A stretch of DNA of 62,532 nt, filler included, from Stramenopiles sp. TOSAG23-3 (taxonomy: Eukaryota), in the NCBI GenBank assembly GCA_900128585.1. It is 3 parts of 3 records of this genome, joined end to end, with 100 filler letters (N's around TTAATTAATTAA, not from the genome) between each part and the next. Parts side by side here need not be neighbours in the genome. Positions count along the whole stretch, not along the records: positions 20,961 to 41,809 come from LT642369.1; 2 more parts are not named here. The stretch is one strand, 5' to 3'. The position numbers were made by a program, and so were the translations under genes. The notes beneath the pieces were generated by a model. That model was not told the origin of the DNA, did not search any database, and saw only the letters and a program-made list of their open reading frames with translations. Below, one piece after another: positions 24,297 to 35,874 of this stretch; positions within the stretch are counted from its first letter, which is position 1; each line of letters begins with the position of its first letter.

Positions 24297-24397
24297 GCAA
24301 GCAAAGGCCGTTAAATTTGTAATATATAACAAAAATAAATGAACAATTATCGCGTGTTAAGAAAGTGCCATTATTAATTTATGATATTTTAATTGCT

Positions 24398-24665
24398 TAC
24401 GGGTCTTTTGACATCGACGCAATTCCACGCACCGATTCGGATCATGCATGGAGTACCCGTGAGAATAAATAGTCCAGACTAAGTGACAAGGGTAATATTG
24501 ATTAGTAAAATCTCTGGAGCAGAGATAATTTCGCAGTATATGACGAAGAAATTTTAATTACACATTTTAATAAACACAGGTAGTACATTATGAAGAAATG
24601 TAAACGTTTTTAATTACTTAAAGAACAGACAATTTTCTTGTTTTAACAGACAATTTTCTTGTTTA
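24398..24665 (+). repeat. 5'-truncated copy of the dispersed repeat family
   Basis: TACGGGTCTTTTGACATCGA...CCGATTCGGATCATGCAT...AGACTAAGTGACAAGGGTA...GGAGCAGAGATAA.TTCGCAGTATA is nearly identical to 62273-62420. Ends in two AACAGACAATTTTCTTGTTT copies. Confidence 0.9.
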
Positions 24666-24693
24666 ATTCTTATAAAATTTTCCTAACCTCGTT

Positions 24694-27600
24694 TTAGCAT
24701 ATTGACGACACCCACTGGCCAGAAGGAATTATTTCAGGAAGAATCTTGTCTTTGTTTGTCGTCGTCACTGCAACTCGAGGTGACACTGCCTTGGCTGGGA
24801 CTATAGCGTCCGCTTTCCCGTTGGAAGGCCGAGGACTTCGCTGGACATTCCGAGAATATTTTCCCGATCGGGGCGGGCGCCCTCCCCTCGGCGGTGGCGG
24901 GCTTGGCACAAACGGAGTGTTTGCATTCAGCTTCTTGTATGCGTTTCCGACGGAAAACTTCGAAGAGTAGTACTGGGGCTTGCTTGATGCGTCCGTCCAT
25001 ACCTTTTGCGAAGAGCGCAACACGCCAGTCCAGTTCCGGGGGCTTCGTCTCAAGATAAGGTCTCCCTTCTGCTTTCCCTTTCGCGACCGTTTTCTCCTCT
25101 TTCGAATTCTGTCGGACTCCGTTTCGACACCTCGCAGCTGGCGGTAAACGCGCCCACCCCGTTTTACCGGCTCGGTGCGGGGGTTCCCGTCCACGCTCGG
25201 TCCCCCCAAGGACTTGATCAATAGCTTTTGAAGCAGGTCCCGGCGCCTGGGGGACATGATTTTTGGGGTGCTGAAGAGCTTCGTATCATTGCCGTACTCA
25301 CCATCGTCTTGGAACGTTTCGGGAATTTCTTCGCCGGCAACGCTCGCCTGGGGGGTTGCGTTTCTGCTCGCGGCGGCCCTGGCCGATGCTTCGCGCTGGC
25401 GCCTCAGGTCGGTCTGCATTTGTTTTTTCTTCAAATACGCCGCCCGCCTCTTCTCGCGTTCTAAAAGAGGTGATGGCGGGTTCGGGTTGGTCACCACCAC
25501 GCCCGAGCCCGTGATGGCGGACCCCCTCCGGAGATTCGTGGCGCCTAACATGCGCTTTGGTCTTGTAGAGCCACTCATCGGCCGTTTCTCGAAGTAGCTC
25601 TCCCCAGTGTAGTCTTGGTGAATGTTGCTTATGAACTCCGTCAAATCGATGGTGTTGCTCTTGTCTTCGTCGAATTTAGTGAAGATGTCATCCACCTGCT
25701 GCTTCGTCAGGTTGACCCCCAACAGTTTGAGCTGCTTTCCAAAGTCTGCTCGCCCCATTTGAATCTGGGGCTTTTGCTCCGGGTCGACCACGCCCGCTTT
25801 TTGAAAGCGCCGCATCAGCTGGCGCACGGTGTCGCTGCTTTTGCTTGTCCGACAGTCCACCCGCATGCGAATCTGATCCACAATATCGGAGATGGGTGCG
25901 TTTTTAGAAAAAGTCAAGCCGCCGATAAAGGAGGAGTTGTCTTTCCTCCGTTTTTCTGCCTTGCGGCGGCGGGCGGCGATCATCTTTGCGTCCTTCTCCC
26001 GGGACTTTTCCCACCAAGGCTTGCGCGAAAACTCCTCAGGGAGGATTGCGCGCAGGAACTCGTGCATGGAGACCCCCCCGCTTCGGTCGGTGTCGATGTC
26101 GTTGAAGAGTGCCTCCGTTTCCGCCTGGGTCATCATCACGCCCAGGACCGCGATTTGCTCTTGCAAGACCTCGCTTGTCATCTCCTCTTTTTGGCCAAAG
26201 CTCACTTTGCCATCCCCGTGGGACGCGAAGATGTTCCGCACCTTTCGCAGCTGGTCCGAGGGGCGCTTGCTACGCTGGACGATACGGTCGTGAATCAGCC
26301 GCTTGAGGCTCTTCACGGGCCGCTGCACTTTCTGCACGGCCCGCTGGCGAAACTGCTTGCGCGACAGTTTCCTCTTCCGCCGGGCCGTGCTTAGCTTCTG
26401 TGACTCCTCTAAGTCTTGCCGTGCGGACAAGAACGACGATTGCTCGATCTCGTCGGGGAAAATCGAGCGCATGAACTCTTGGATGGATATTTTCCCGTTC
26501 CCGTTGAGGTCAAATTTCTGAAAGATTGCCTTCAGCTGCTTGTCGTGCAGGGTGATGCCCAACTTTTGCAGTTTCTCGTGAAACTCTGTCTCCCCGCACT
26601 CGCCGCCAAAACCGAAGAGGCGCAGTATTTGGCGGGTCTGGTCGGACTGCCGGGAGCTGTACGCCGTGATCTTCTCGCGGACAAGGTTGATGCAGCCCTC
26701 CACCGTCAGGTTGTCCACGGGACCGGCTTGGTAGTACTGTGACCCTTGTTTGACGATCTGCCGCTTCGCGTGCGCCACTTTCTGTTGGTCCCGCATGCTC
26801 TTGATATGCCACGCCTCCTCGGTCACGTCCTCGCCCAGGATGCCGTTCAAGAACTCGATCAGGGAAATGTCCCCGCTCCCGTCCTTGTCGAACTCTTTGA
26901 ACAAAGCCTTCGACTGGGCGTCTGTCATCGACACCCCGAGCATGGCAACGTGCTCCCGAAAGTCTGGCTCGAGCAAGTCGTGCTTCTTCGAGTCGGTCAG
27001 GCCTTTCTTGAAGATGCGGGAGACTTTGCGGACCTGGTCGCTGGACTTTTTCGACAGCTGCTTCACTTTGTCGCTGATCAGCTGCTTGACCTGCCTCGGG
27101 GAGAGCTCGGGCTGTGCAGGCGACCTAAAATTTCGCTGGTAGTCCGCAGCGTTGTTCCGAAACAAGTTCTTCTTGGCCTTGAGGGCCTTGTTCTGGTCTT
27201 CCCGGGCCTGGATGTACCAGGGCTGCTCTTCCCATCCCGACGGGTTGCACTTTTGGAAGAACTCGTTCATGCTGACGGTGCCGCTGCCATCCTCGTCGAC
27301 GTACTCGAAGAAGCGCTTGGCCTCCTTCTCGGACAGGACGATTTCAATCTTTAGCAGCTGGTTCTGCATCTCCTTTGGCCCCAACTCCTTGGACTTTCCC
27401 GAGCCCTTCCCGTAGGCCGCAAATATCCGCCGAATCTTTCGCATCTGGTCCGTGGGCTTGGCCGTAAGCTGGACGATCCGTTCTGCAATCAGCGTTGCGA
27501 TCTGTTTCGGGGTCCGGTTGCTCGAGGCCATGGCCAGCCGGAACGAGTTGGCGTCCGCGGCCTCCCGCCGTTTGCTCCGCTGCGCGGCCTCCTGGTCGCG

Positions 27601-28059
27601 GCGCTTGTCATGCCACGAGTTCCCGCTGGAGTCTTTTGGGATGACCCCGCGCAAAAACTCGGTCAGGGTGATGCCCCCGCTGTTGTCCGCGTCGATTTTG
27701 CGAAAGAGCCCCTTTGCCTGGTCCTCCGTCAGCGTAAACCCTAGCCGCTCGACCAACCGCTTGAAGGTGTGCTTGTTCAACTCCGACGCCCGGCCGAAAA
27801 GGTTGTGTATGCGCCGCTGCTGGTCGCTTGCCCGGGGAGACAGGCCCTCGATCTTGTACTGGATCTTCTTCTGCACCTCGTCCACGGAGAGGTATGGCTG
27901 CGGCGGCGCCCGCTTCGTGGACTTTTGCAATTCCACTTGCGCCTCGATCGCCTCCATGTCGTACCCTTTCCCGTACTCCTTGTCCGGGGTAGGCTCCCGC
28001 TTTCGCAGGATCGAGCCTTCGTTCTGGTGATCCATCGCCATCGCGCGGTCGATTGACAT
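24694..28059 (-). CDS. Multi-EF-hand protein built from six ~130-aa repeats plus a basic tail
   Basis: Six units each with I..KI.....SDQ.R...LF and an EF loop (DADNSGGITLTEF, DEDGSGTVSMNEF, DKDGSGDISLIEF, DLNGNGKISIQEF, DTDRSGGVSMHEF, DEDKSNTIDLTEF). Confidence 0.85.
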   Translation of the reverse strand: MSIDRAMAMDHQNEGSILRKREPTPDKEYGKGYDMEAIEAQVELQKSTKRAPPQPYLSVDEVQKKIQYKIEGLSPRASDQQRRIHNLFGRASELNKHTFKRLVERLGFTLTEDQAKGLFRKIDADNSGGITLTEFLRGVIPKDSSGNSWHDKRRDQEAAQRSKRREAADANSFRLAMASSNRTPKQIATLIAERIVQLTAKPTDQMRKIRRIFAAYGKGSGKSKELGPKEMQNQLLKIEIVLSEKEAKRFFEYVDEDGSGTVSMNEFFQKCNPSGWEEQPWYIQAREDQNKALKAKKNLFRNNAADYQRNFRSPAQPELSPRQVKQLISDKVKQLSKKSSDQVRKVSRIFKKGLTDSKKHDLLEPDFREHVAMLGVSMTDAQSKALFKEFDKDGSGDISLIEFLNGILGEDVTEEAWHIKSMRDQQKVAHAKRQIVKQGSQYYQAGPVDNLTVEGCINLVREKITAYSSRQSDQTRQILRLFGFGGECGETEFHEKLQKLGITLHDKQLKAIFQKFDLNGNGKISIQEFMRSIFPDEIEQSSFLSARQDLEESQKLSTARRKRKLSRKQFRQRAVQKVQRPVKSLKRLIHDRIVQRSKRPSDQLRKVRNIFASHGDGKVSFGQKEEMTSEVLQEQIAVLGVMMTQAETEALFNDIDTDRSGGVSMHEFLRAILPEEFSRKPWWEKSREKDAKMIAARRRKAEKRRKDNSSFIGGLTFSKNAPISDIVDQIRMRVDCRTSKSSDTVRQLMRRFQKAGVVDPEQKPQIQMGRADFGKQLKLLGVNLTKQQVDDIFTKFDEDKSNTIDLTEFISNIHQDYTGESYFEKRPMSGSTRPKRMLGATNLRRGSAITGSGVVVTNPNPPSPLLEREKRRAAYLKKKQMQTDLRRQREASARAAASRNATPQASVAGEEIPETFQDDGEYGNDTKLFSTPKIMSPRRRDLLQKLLIKSLGGPSVDGNPRTEPVKRGGRVYRQLRGVETESDRIRKRRKRSRKGKQKGDLILRRSPRNWTGVLRSSQKVWTDASSKPQYYSSKFSVGNAYKKLNANTPFVPSPPPPRGGRPPRSGKYSRNVQRSPRPSNGKADAIVPAKAVSPRVAVTTTNKDKILPEIIPSGQWVSSIC

Positions 28060-29394
28060 GATGGACTAGTTGCAATCGGCGCCCGCGCGTGTGTGTGCGT
28101 GCGAATAGGAACAACAACCTCTATGCCTAGAGAAAATAGGATGCTGGAACTCTCTCTCTCTCTCGCTCGCTCGTCAATAGTTAGTTTCAAACACTGAATA
28201 ATAAATAGACTCCGAATCAATCCAATTGACTGAAATGAAATCAATGAAGAATTATTAATTGTAAAAGTGATGACCAAACCTTTTTCTTTATTCAATTCAT
28301 TCCTTTATTCATCAATTCCATATAATACATATTTGTTTTTCCTTCTCCTCTCACAACAAACAAACTCTTCTTCATCTCTTGTATAATATTATATGGACTA
28401 ATAATAATATAGAGAGATAGTATTATAATAGATGACTATATTTTTAACACTTTTTTTTAACTTTTTTGCGCGAGATCTTTCTTCTTCTTCTTCTTCTTTA
28501 TATAATATAGAAATACCATTGGTGGTGGGTTATATAATTTGGCGTAACAGATAAAAAATCCACTTTTTTTCAATTAATTTGTATACTGTATACCTGTATA
28601 TTTATGTATTATTGTATATTATAAGTGAACAATATACCGTATTCTTCTTTCTTTCTTTCTTTCTAATAATTTTATTTCATTAACGAAGAAAAGAAGAAGC
28701 AAAAAGCAAAGCGTTTCAATTGAAAAAAAATGGATTTTCTTTACTCTACATGAAATTGTAGTTGTATGAAATTAATTATATAGAATATACTACTGTATCT
28801 TAAATTGAAAAAAAGGTTTAAATAAAATGCTCTATTTAACTATAATTATGACTACTTTTTTAAAACCCTTTTTAATGCAATATAAACCATTTATAATAAT
28901 TAGATAGAGAGAGATAGAGAAGAGACTATAATATGTATTATTATAAGTACATAATATATTATCAATTTATGTAATTTTAGGAACATTTTCATTTTTCATG
29001 AAACGCCCTAACTAATAAAAAATTAGAAGTGTGCAAATGATAGGTGTACAAATATAAATAGTATAGGATTCTTTTGTAATGTATGTGTTAAACGAAAATA
29101 TGATAAAATAATTTGTGATGAGTGAGTGTGAGGAGTGGTGAGATGATGATGATGGATACGCGAGAGAAAAAAAAGAAGAAGAAGAAGAAGGAGAAAAAGA
29201 AGTATTTATTATTATATGTAAGCGCAGTACGATTTCCTTCCATTTGGGTAACAAACGTTTTCTGCCCTGCTTCCGTTTTCGTTTCATTTCGTTTCGAACC
29301 ATAGATGGTCAACGTATTCATTGATTCGTACAGACACAATTACAGTATAGTATATATTGCAGTTAGATTCCAGCCTGTATCCTCATCACCGTAA

Positions 29395-31645
29395 ATGGGG
29401 GCCGGGGCATCCCTGAACATCCCGGAACACTTGAAAGATGACCCAATTATAAAAGAAACGTACGATCGCATTTTGGACGTGTTTGGGAAGTATGACTCCA
29501 GGAAGTACAAACGGCTGTCCCGCGACGACTTTTATAAACTGTGCCAAGATTTTTCGAAACATTTCACGAACGTAAAGGACATTGAGACAGCGTTCACGTA
29601 CTTGGATAAAAACCACGATGCAGAAATATCCCTTGCAGAGTTCAACCGGCTCTGGGAAGGGTTCTCAACGCCGCCGCCGCTCCATTCCATCGAGCAGCGA
29701 ATGGAAGACTTTCGGATCGACGTTGCCAATAAGTACAAGATTGCGTTCGGGCTCTCATTTCGCGAATTTGAACGGGCCGGGCAGCTGGACGAGAAGCAGT
29801 TTAGAACGTGGGGGGCCCTGGACGTGTACCTGTGGCTGATATTTTGCCCCGCCCTGGCCGTCGTCCGGGAGGACCTGGACCGCGGCATGTGGGCGGACGT
29901 GGACGGGGAGTGCCTGCTGGAGCTGACGGAGGGCAGCTTACGGGAGAAGAGAATCAAGGAATACCATACGAAGAAATTCTTGCAGGCCATCGACGTGCAC
30001 TTGAGGAAACCAGACGGGAAGAAGTCCGTCTCCCCCCCACCCATCATCACCCAAGTTCAGGACAGCACCGACGGTTCGATGGCCGAGACGGTCGCCCAGG
30101 GGCCGAGGAATGGGAGCCCGCGGCCCATGCGCATGTCCCCGAGGGGGGACAGCCTGTCCGGGAGCCAGGGGAGCTCGGGGTTTCAGTGGAAGAAGGGCGA
30201 CCTCTTGGGCCAAGGGGCGTACGGGAAAGTGTACGCTGGGCTTGACACGAGGTCGGGGATCATGATGGCTGTGAAGGAGATGACGTTCACCAGGGACAGC
30301 GCGAAGGAGGTGGAGGAGCTCAAGAACGAGATCCGGCTGCTGAGAAAGTTGCAGCACGAGCACATCGTGCAGTACTTTGGCGCGGAGATACCGGCAGAAA
30401 GCGAAGGGTGCGTCATCCACATCTTCACGGAGCTCATGCCCCAAGGCAGCCTCACCCACATGATGAAGAAGTTTGGAAAGTTCTCGGAAGAGATGACCTG
30501 CAACTACACGCGTCAAATGGTCAGCGGCCTGGTCTACTTGCACGACAACAACATTATCCACCGGGACATAAAACCGGCGAACGTCTTGGTGAACGAGAGC
30601 GGGATCGTTAAGCTCGCCGACTTTGGGGCGAGCAAGAAAATGAGCGGGACGGAAACCGTCGCGATCGAGAACACGACGCTGAAAGGCACCCCGTACTTCA
30701 TGGCCCCTGAGGTGCTGATTCAAAAGGGACATGGTAGGAAAGCGGACGTGTGGAGCTTGGGCGCGACGGTCCTGCAACTTATCAGTGGAGACCCGCCGTG
30801 GAAGTCAATGAAGTTTGACTCCGTCGTCCAGCTGATGTGCCACGTCGCCGGCGACGAGACCGCGAAGCCCGAATTGCCGCCAAAGGGGTCAGTGTCGGAA
30901 AAAATGTACAGTTTCCTAGAAGCGTGCTTTACCCGGGACGTCACGAAACGCCCGAACTCGAAGCAGCTGAGCAAGCACAAGTTTCTTACGTCGAACGGCA
31001 AGGAGGGGGGGGGAGATGGCGGAAGACCCGATGAACAACACGTTGGCTAGCATCGATAGGTCGCTGAGCCAAATGGACGAGAGCCAGAACGCAGGGGTAG
31101 AATCCGAAGACGAGGATTTCTTGGACATGTCGCTAAGCGTTGTGGCGGCTGCAGACCCGGACGAAGAGAGCGTAAAGGCCGCCCCGGTTATCCAAACCAG
31201 CAACATTGGGAACAGCGCGGGGGGCGGTGGAAACCCGTTTGGCAACGGCCCAGGGGGGTTCTCCCCAGACACCCCAGGAGCTCAAATTGCGGCCGTGACC
31301 CCCAAAGGCGACGCGGCGGGGGAAGAAACGTTCGAGGGGGAGGAAACGGCGAAAAAAAAGAAGAAGAAGCACCGGAAGAAACGGCCCGGGACACGGTACA
31401 GCGATGACACGGTTGCAGGCATCGAAGAAGGGGGGCAGGCGGGGAATGCTGCGGAAGTGAGCGAATCGGGAAATGCCTACCAAGCCTACGAAGAACGAGC
31501 CATCAGCTCCGTTTACCACCAGCAAAACTTGGAAACCCTGAATGCAGAGAAAGCGGAAGAGGCCGCAAACGCATTGCGAGACGCGGAATATGCAAAGATG
31601 AGAGTGGAGGAAATTAACAAGTTTCAAGCAAGTCAAAGTATTTGA
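29395..31645 (+). CDS. STE11/MEKK-type MAP3K with an N-myristoylation motif, EF-hand pair and SAM-like domain; probable frameshift at G9 (31005-31013) extends the C-terminus
   Basis: MGAGAS; DKNHDAEISLAEF; W..DVYLWL...DGECLLELT; WKKGDLLGQGAYGKVY, AVKE, HRDIKPAN, DFG, GTPYFMAPE. ORF 31016..31645 joins if one G is removed. Confidence 0.85.
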
Positions 31646-31763
31646 AGTCGGTCCCCTATCTTGTTCTTAGTAAAGGCTAATTTATTACTCCATATGCTTG
31701 TAAATACGCTAAACGACAATTGGTACGGTACCAAAGTATGATTAAAAACAAGAGTAAAAATAG

Positions 31764-31903
31764 GATTGAGTCACCTACGAGTGAGATATCGGATGAGGAA
31801 GTTGATTACGGTTCATTTGAAAGCAGTCTTAATCCATCTACTGATTCAGATCATCAATGGAGTACATCTGAGAATGAAATAACAGCCAATTTTCTTGTTT
31901 TTA
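31764..31903 (+). repeat. Copy of the dispersed repeat family (SEISDEEVDYGS module plus terminal 26-mer)
   Basis: ATCGGATGAGGAAGTTGA is shared with 48665 and 62254; 26-mer at 31877-31902. Confidence 0.85.
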
Positions 31904-32242
31904 AAAATAGTATAAATTGATATAAAAAAATGAGAGTTTTTAAAAAACATTCCAACTGGTACCGTGTACAGGTACAGGTATTAATACCTGGTTCCGTACC
32001 TGTTACCGTACCGGTATTATTATATTATTTTTTTTTATTGAGGAAGAAGAAGGAGGTGTTTTCTTTCCCCCCGCGAGGTGTTTTCTTTTTTCTTTCTTTC
32101 CTTCCTTTTCTTTTTTCTTTCTTTCTGTGGATTGTATACTCGAAGTTTCTATGTTAATCGTGGGACTGCGTGTGTTTTTTTTGGGTTATCGCGTTTAGTT
32201 TACTATTATTTTTGTGTATCTTGTTCTGTTTTTGTCATCAAC

Positions 32243-32575
32243 ATGGACAAACCTACAGGAAGCTCTCACATGAGTTTTACTTTTGCCCTGATGTTTGGGG
32301 CAGGGGGTGCTGTGGGGTTTATTCGTAAGCGAAGCGTTCCAAGTTTAGTGGGTGGCTTGGCTTGCGCTGGATTGTACGCATACAGTGGTTATATTATTAA
32401 TTCAGGGGACCCTGAAGCTGGCCATAAATTGGGGTTGGGAACGTCAACGTTGATCGCTGCCGGGTTTGGGGCTAGAACTTTGAAAACGAAAAAAATGATG
32501 CCGGCTGTCCTGGCTGTTCTTGGGATTGCCGGGTCATTCTACAACTTTCAAAAGTGGTCGGAATGGAGGGAGTGA
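32243..32575 (+). CDS. TMEM14: TMEM14-family small membrane protein
   Basis: GG..GF.RK.S.PSL.GGL and K.MPA motifs; 110 aa, hydrophobic. Confidence 0.85.
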   Translation: MDKPTGSSHMSFTFALMFGAGGAVGFIRKRSVPSLVGGLACAGLYAYSGYIINSGDPEAGHKLGLGTSTLIAAGFGARTLKTKKMMPAVLAVLGIAGSFYNFQKWSEWRE

Positions 32576-32834
32576 GTGATGCTCGTAAGGAAGCTCGCGA
32601 TAGAAACATGTTGATTTCATATTTTAAAGTAATCACCCACCGAATTACGAAAAAAAGGGAAGGCGGGGGGTGGACCCCATTGGGGACAAATTTTACAACG
32701 AGGACGATGACAAAGTATAGAAACGAGCGTTTGAAACTTTTGCCCGGGCTTCATTACAATTAATTTAACGATTTTATAAAACTGAATTACTATGTTAAGT
32801 AGTTTTTTTTTTTTAAATGGTATTCTGGGACATT

Positions 32835-35800
32835 TTAACTCCTGCCACGCCCACCACGCCTTCGGCGGCGCTTTCTATTCCGACCGCCGCCTCCTCCTCC
32901 TCCACCGCCGCCACTTTGAAAGAACGAATCGTCGTCGCCCTCCTCGCTGTTGGTTCGTCCCCGTTTTCTATTTCGGTTTCTGGATCGGTCATTTCGTGAG
33001 TTTGCCCTTCCGTTGTCATCCCTCCTTCGCTTACCTTGGCGGTTGTCTGACCATCGTTTTCTCGGCTCAGCCTCGGTGTCTCTATCCTCCCATCGCTTTC
33101 TGGGGGCCGCGTCTTCGCCATGCGAGTCACCTCTCTCTTCCCACCGAGCAGTGCGGCCGCCACCGTTGCCCTCATCCTCCCACCGCTTTGTGGGTTGCGC
33201 GTCGTCGCCATGCGAATCACGCTCTCCCCACCGCTTTTTTGGTTGCGCATCGTCACCGTGCGAGTCACTCCCTCCCCACCGTTTTTTAGGTTGCGCGTCG
33301 TCACTGTGCGAGTCACTCTCTCCCCACCGTTTTTTGGGTTGCGCGTCGTCGCCTTGCGAATCACTCTCTCTCCACCGCTTTTTAGGTTGCGCGTCGTCGC
33401 CTTGCGAATCACTCTCTCCCCATCGCTTTTTAGGTTGCGCATCGTCACCGTGCGAGTCACTCTCTCCCCAACGCTTTGTTGGTTGCGAATCGCCGCCGTG
33501 CGAGTCACTCTCTCCCCACCGCTTTCTGGGTTGCTCGTCGTTGCGTGAGTCTCTACTCTCTTCCCCTCGAGGTGTGCGGTCGGCACCTTTTGTCTGCGAG
33601 TCGCCGTCCTCGATTTTGTCTCCCCCCTCGGAGCCATTCCCTGCCGGTGGTCTTTCTCTCTCGCCCGGGGCTGGTCCCCTGCGGTCCCGATCGAACCGGT
33701 CGTCGAACCGGTCGTCGAACCGATCGTTGCGCCTTTCGTCACGGTCTCTGTCCCTGCCCCAACCGCCTCGCCTGCCGCCTCTCCAACCATCCCTTCCTCC
33801 GTACCCCACACGGTCGTAATTCCCCCGACGGCCGTAGCCGCCCTGGTCGTGCGGGCGCCGCTCGTCGCTTGGGGGGTTCGGGCACACGTCTGCGCGGTGG
33901 CCTATCTGCTGGCAGCGGTAACACCGCATGTTTGGGCAGTTCGCGGCGAGGTGGCCCTCGCGGTCGCACTTGTAACACACCCGGATCTCGGCCGTGCTGT
34001 TGGGGCACTGGGCCGCAATGTGGCCAGTCTCCTGGCACTTGTAGCACTTTCGCTGCGAAAAGACATCGGTCCTCTGCTGTTCGGTGCGACGGTCTTGTGC
34101 CACTTCGCCTTCGGCACGAGGCAACCCACACCCGTACCCGCTTCCTTGAGCAGCCGCCGGGGACCCCCCACAAAACACATTGTCCGCGCGGTTCTTCCAC
34201 CCACACCTGCACCGCCACGGCGTGGCCGAGGGGGGGGCTGCCCCTTCGCCCTGCCCAGGGTCTTGGGGCGAGCGTGAGGGCTGGTGCCGTTCGTTCTGAT
34301 AGGACCGCCCACGGCTCGTGCTTCTCGGGTTCCACGTCGACGCCGGGGCGCCGTACCCGCTGTAGCCTCCGTTCGACGCCGCAGGGGGGGGGGGCGCCGT
34401 AGCCCCCCAGGCTCCCGTTTGACGGCGGAACCACGGCACCGTAGCCTCCCAGGCTCCCGTTGGATGGTGGGGGGGGAGCCCCATACCCGCCGTAACCCGC
34501 GCTTGCCTGCGGGGGGGGCGGGGCCCCATAGCCCCCGAGGCTTTGGTCGGCGGCTGGCGGGGGAGGGTGCAACCCGGCCGGCGCTTGGGGAGGAGGCGAG
34601 GCTTGGCCGTTGCTCGCTTCCCCCTTGGCGCCGCCCCCCACCTCGTTGTCTTTCGGCGCGTCCACCCTGACGGAAAGCATCAAGTCTGCCCCCTCGCGCT
34701 CCTTCGCCAACGCCGCCTCTCGCTCCCTGTCAACGACAGACTTGGCGTCGACCGATTTGAACTGCTCCTTGACCGCCCGGGAGTCTCCGCTGAGCTCGGT
34801 CGCCTTGACGTACTCTGCGACCGCCCGTCGCACGATGTGGTTGGGCTTCAGGCTGGAGGCCTTGATCGGCTTCTTCTCTTCCCCCTCCTCCAAATAGTAC
34901 GTGGGGCAATCCGGGTTCGGGCAGCAGTAATTGTTTTTGAACAGAAAGTCCTTCGCGGGCTGCTTGGAGACGGTCGTGCCGCAGCACGGCATCAGCACTG
35001 CGTCCACGAGGACCTTCTTCGTCAGGGGGCAGCGAAACTGCTCGGGGATGCTTTCGTCTACCTCCGTGGCGGCCGAGTCCCCGGCGGCATCGACCTTCTT
35101 GAAAGGCGCGCTGATGCCCCCCGCCCCGGACGGCGTGGCGCCGGCGTCCTTCCCCGGGGCCTTCCCGTCGTCCTGCCCTTGAGCCCCCGGGGGGGCGGCG
35201 CCCCGGCCGCGGCCGCGACCGCCGCCGCTGACGAAACGCTTCGGGCCCCGCCGTTTCCCCATGGCCGCCCGTGCGGCTTCCCTCGCCGCCCGCATCTCCT
35301 CGACACGGTTCTGCTCTGCCGAAATGGCCAGCTGCGCGATTTTCTTCTCCTCCTCCTCCTTCTTTTGCTGGAGCAGCGCGAGCATGTCGACCTCCTCGTC
35401 GTCGTCGGAGTCGTCGGAGTCGTCCCGCATCCTTGGGTCCAAAACTGCTTTCGGCTTCTCCGCCTCGGCGGAGGGGAGGGTGCTCCCCGCCGACGCGAAC
35501 TCGGCCCCTAGCTGGTGCACGGGTGGGGCCTTGTGGGTGGCCACCATGCCAGTCCCAGCCGTGCCCCCAACGGCCATGATCTCCTCCTTCTTCTGCTTGG
35601 TCCGCAATTCTTCGATGTGTGAGATGATCCCCCCGGTCGGGGCGGCCGGGGCGCGGCGGACGATGACCCTCGTGTTCTTCGGGACGTGGAACTTGTCGTC
35701 GGCAAAGGCCTCTTCGGTGTCCGCGTTGGTGACGATCAGGTCAAAGTCGAGCCCTTTGTCCAGGCTGTTCTGCTCGACGATCGCGATTTTCAAGTCCAAC

Positions 35801-35874
35801 AGTTTCATCGAGCGACCCTCCACAGGGACCCGGGAAAATGTCCTCGAGCTCTTGAAACGGTAGTGAATCGACAT
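32835..35874 (-). CDS. RBBP6/Mpe1-like protein: DWNN, U-box/RING-like, RanBP2-like Zn finger, three CCHC knuckles, RG/RD-rich and repeat tail; one frameshift at the 11-nt run 34384-34394
   Basis: SIHYRFKS...LK.AI...DFDL...VPKNT.VIVRR.P (DWNN); F.CPLT....DAV..PCCG; CYKCQETGHIAAQC, CYKCDREGHLAANC, CYRCQQIGHRADVC. ORFs 33739..35928 and 32835..34529 join through GYGAPPP(P)AASNGGY. Confidence 0.8.
33050..33560 (-). repeat. Coding tandem repeat, 48-nt unit (KKRWGESDSHGDDAQP), 7 full and ~3 degenerate copies
   Basis: CCACCG.TTT-like unit recurs every 48 nt from ~33180 to ~33516. Confidence 0.92.

Noticed and set aside
33050-33560. CRISPR-like regularly spaced repeats
   Set aside because: The whole 48-nt unit repeats with no unique spacers, it is in frame within a eukaryotic CDS, and there are no cas genes.
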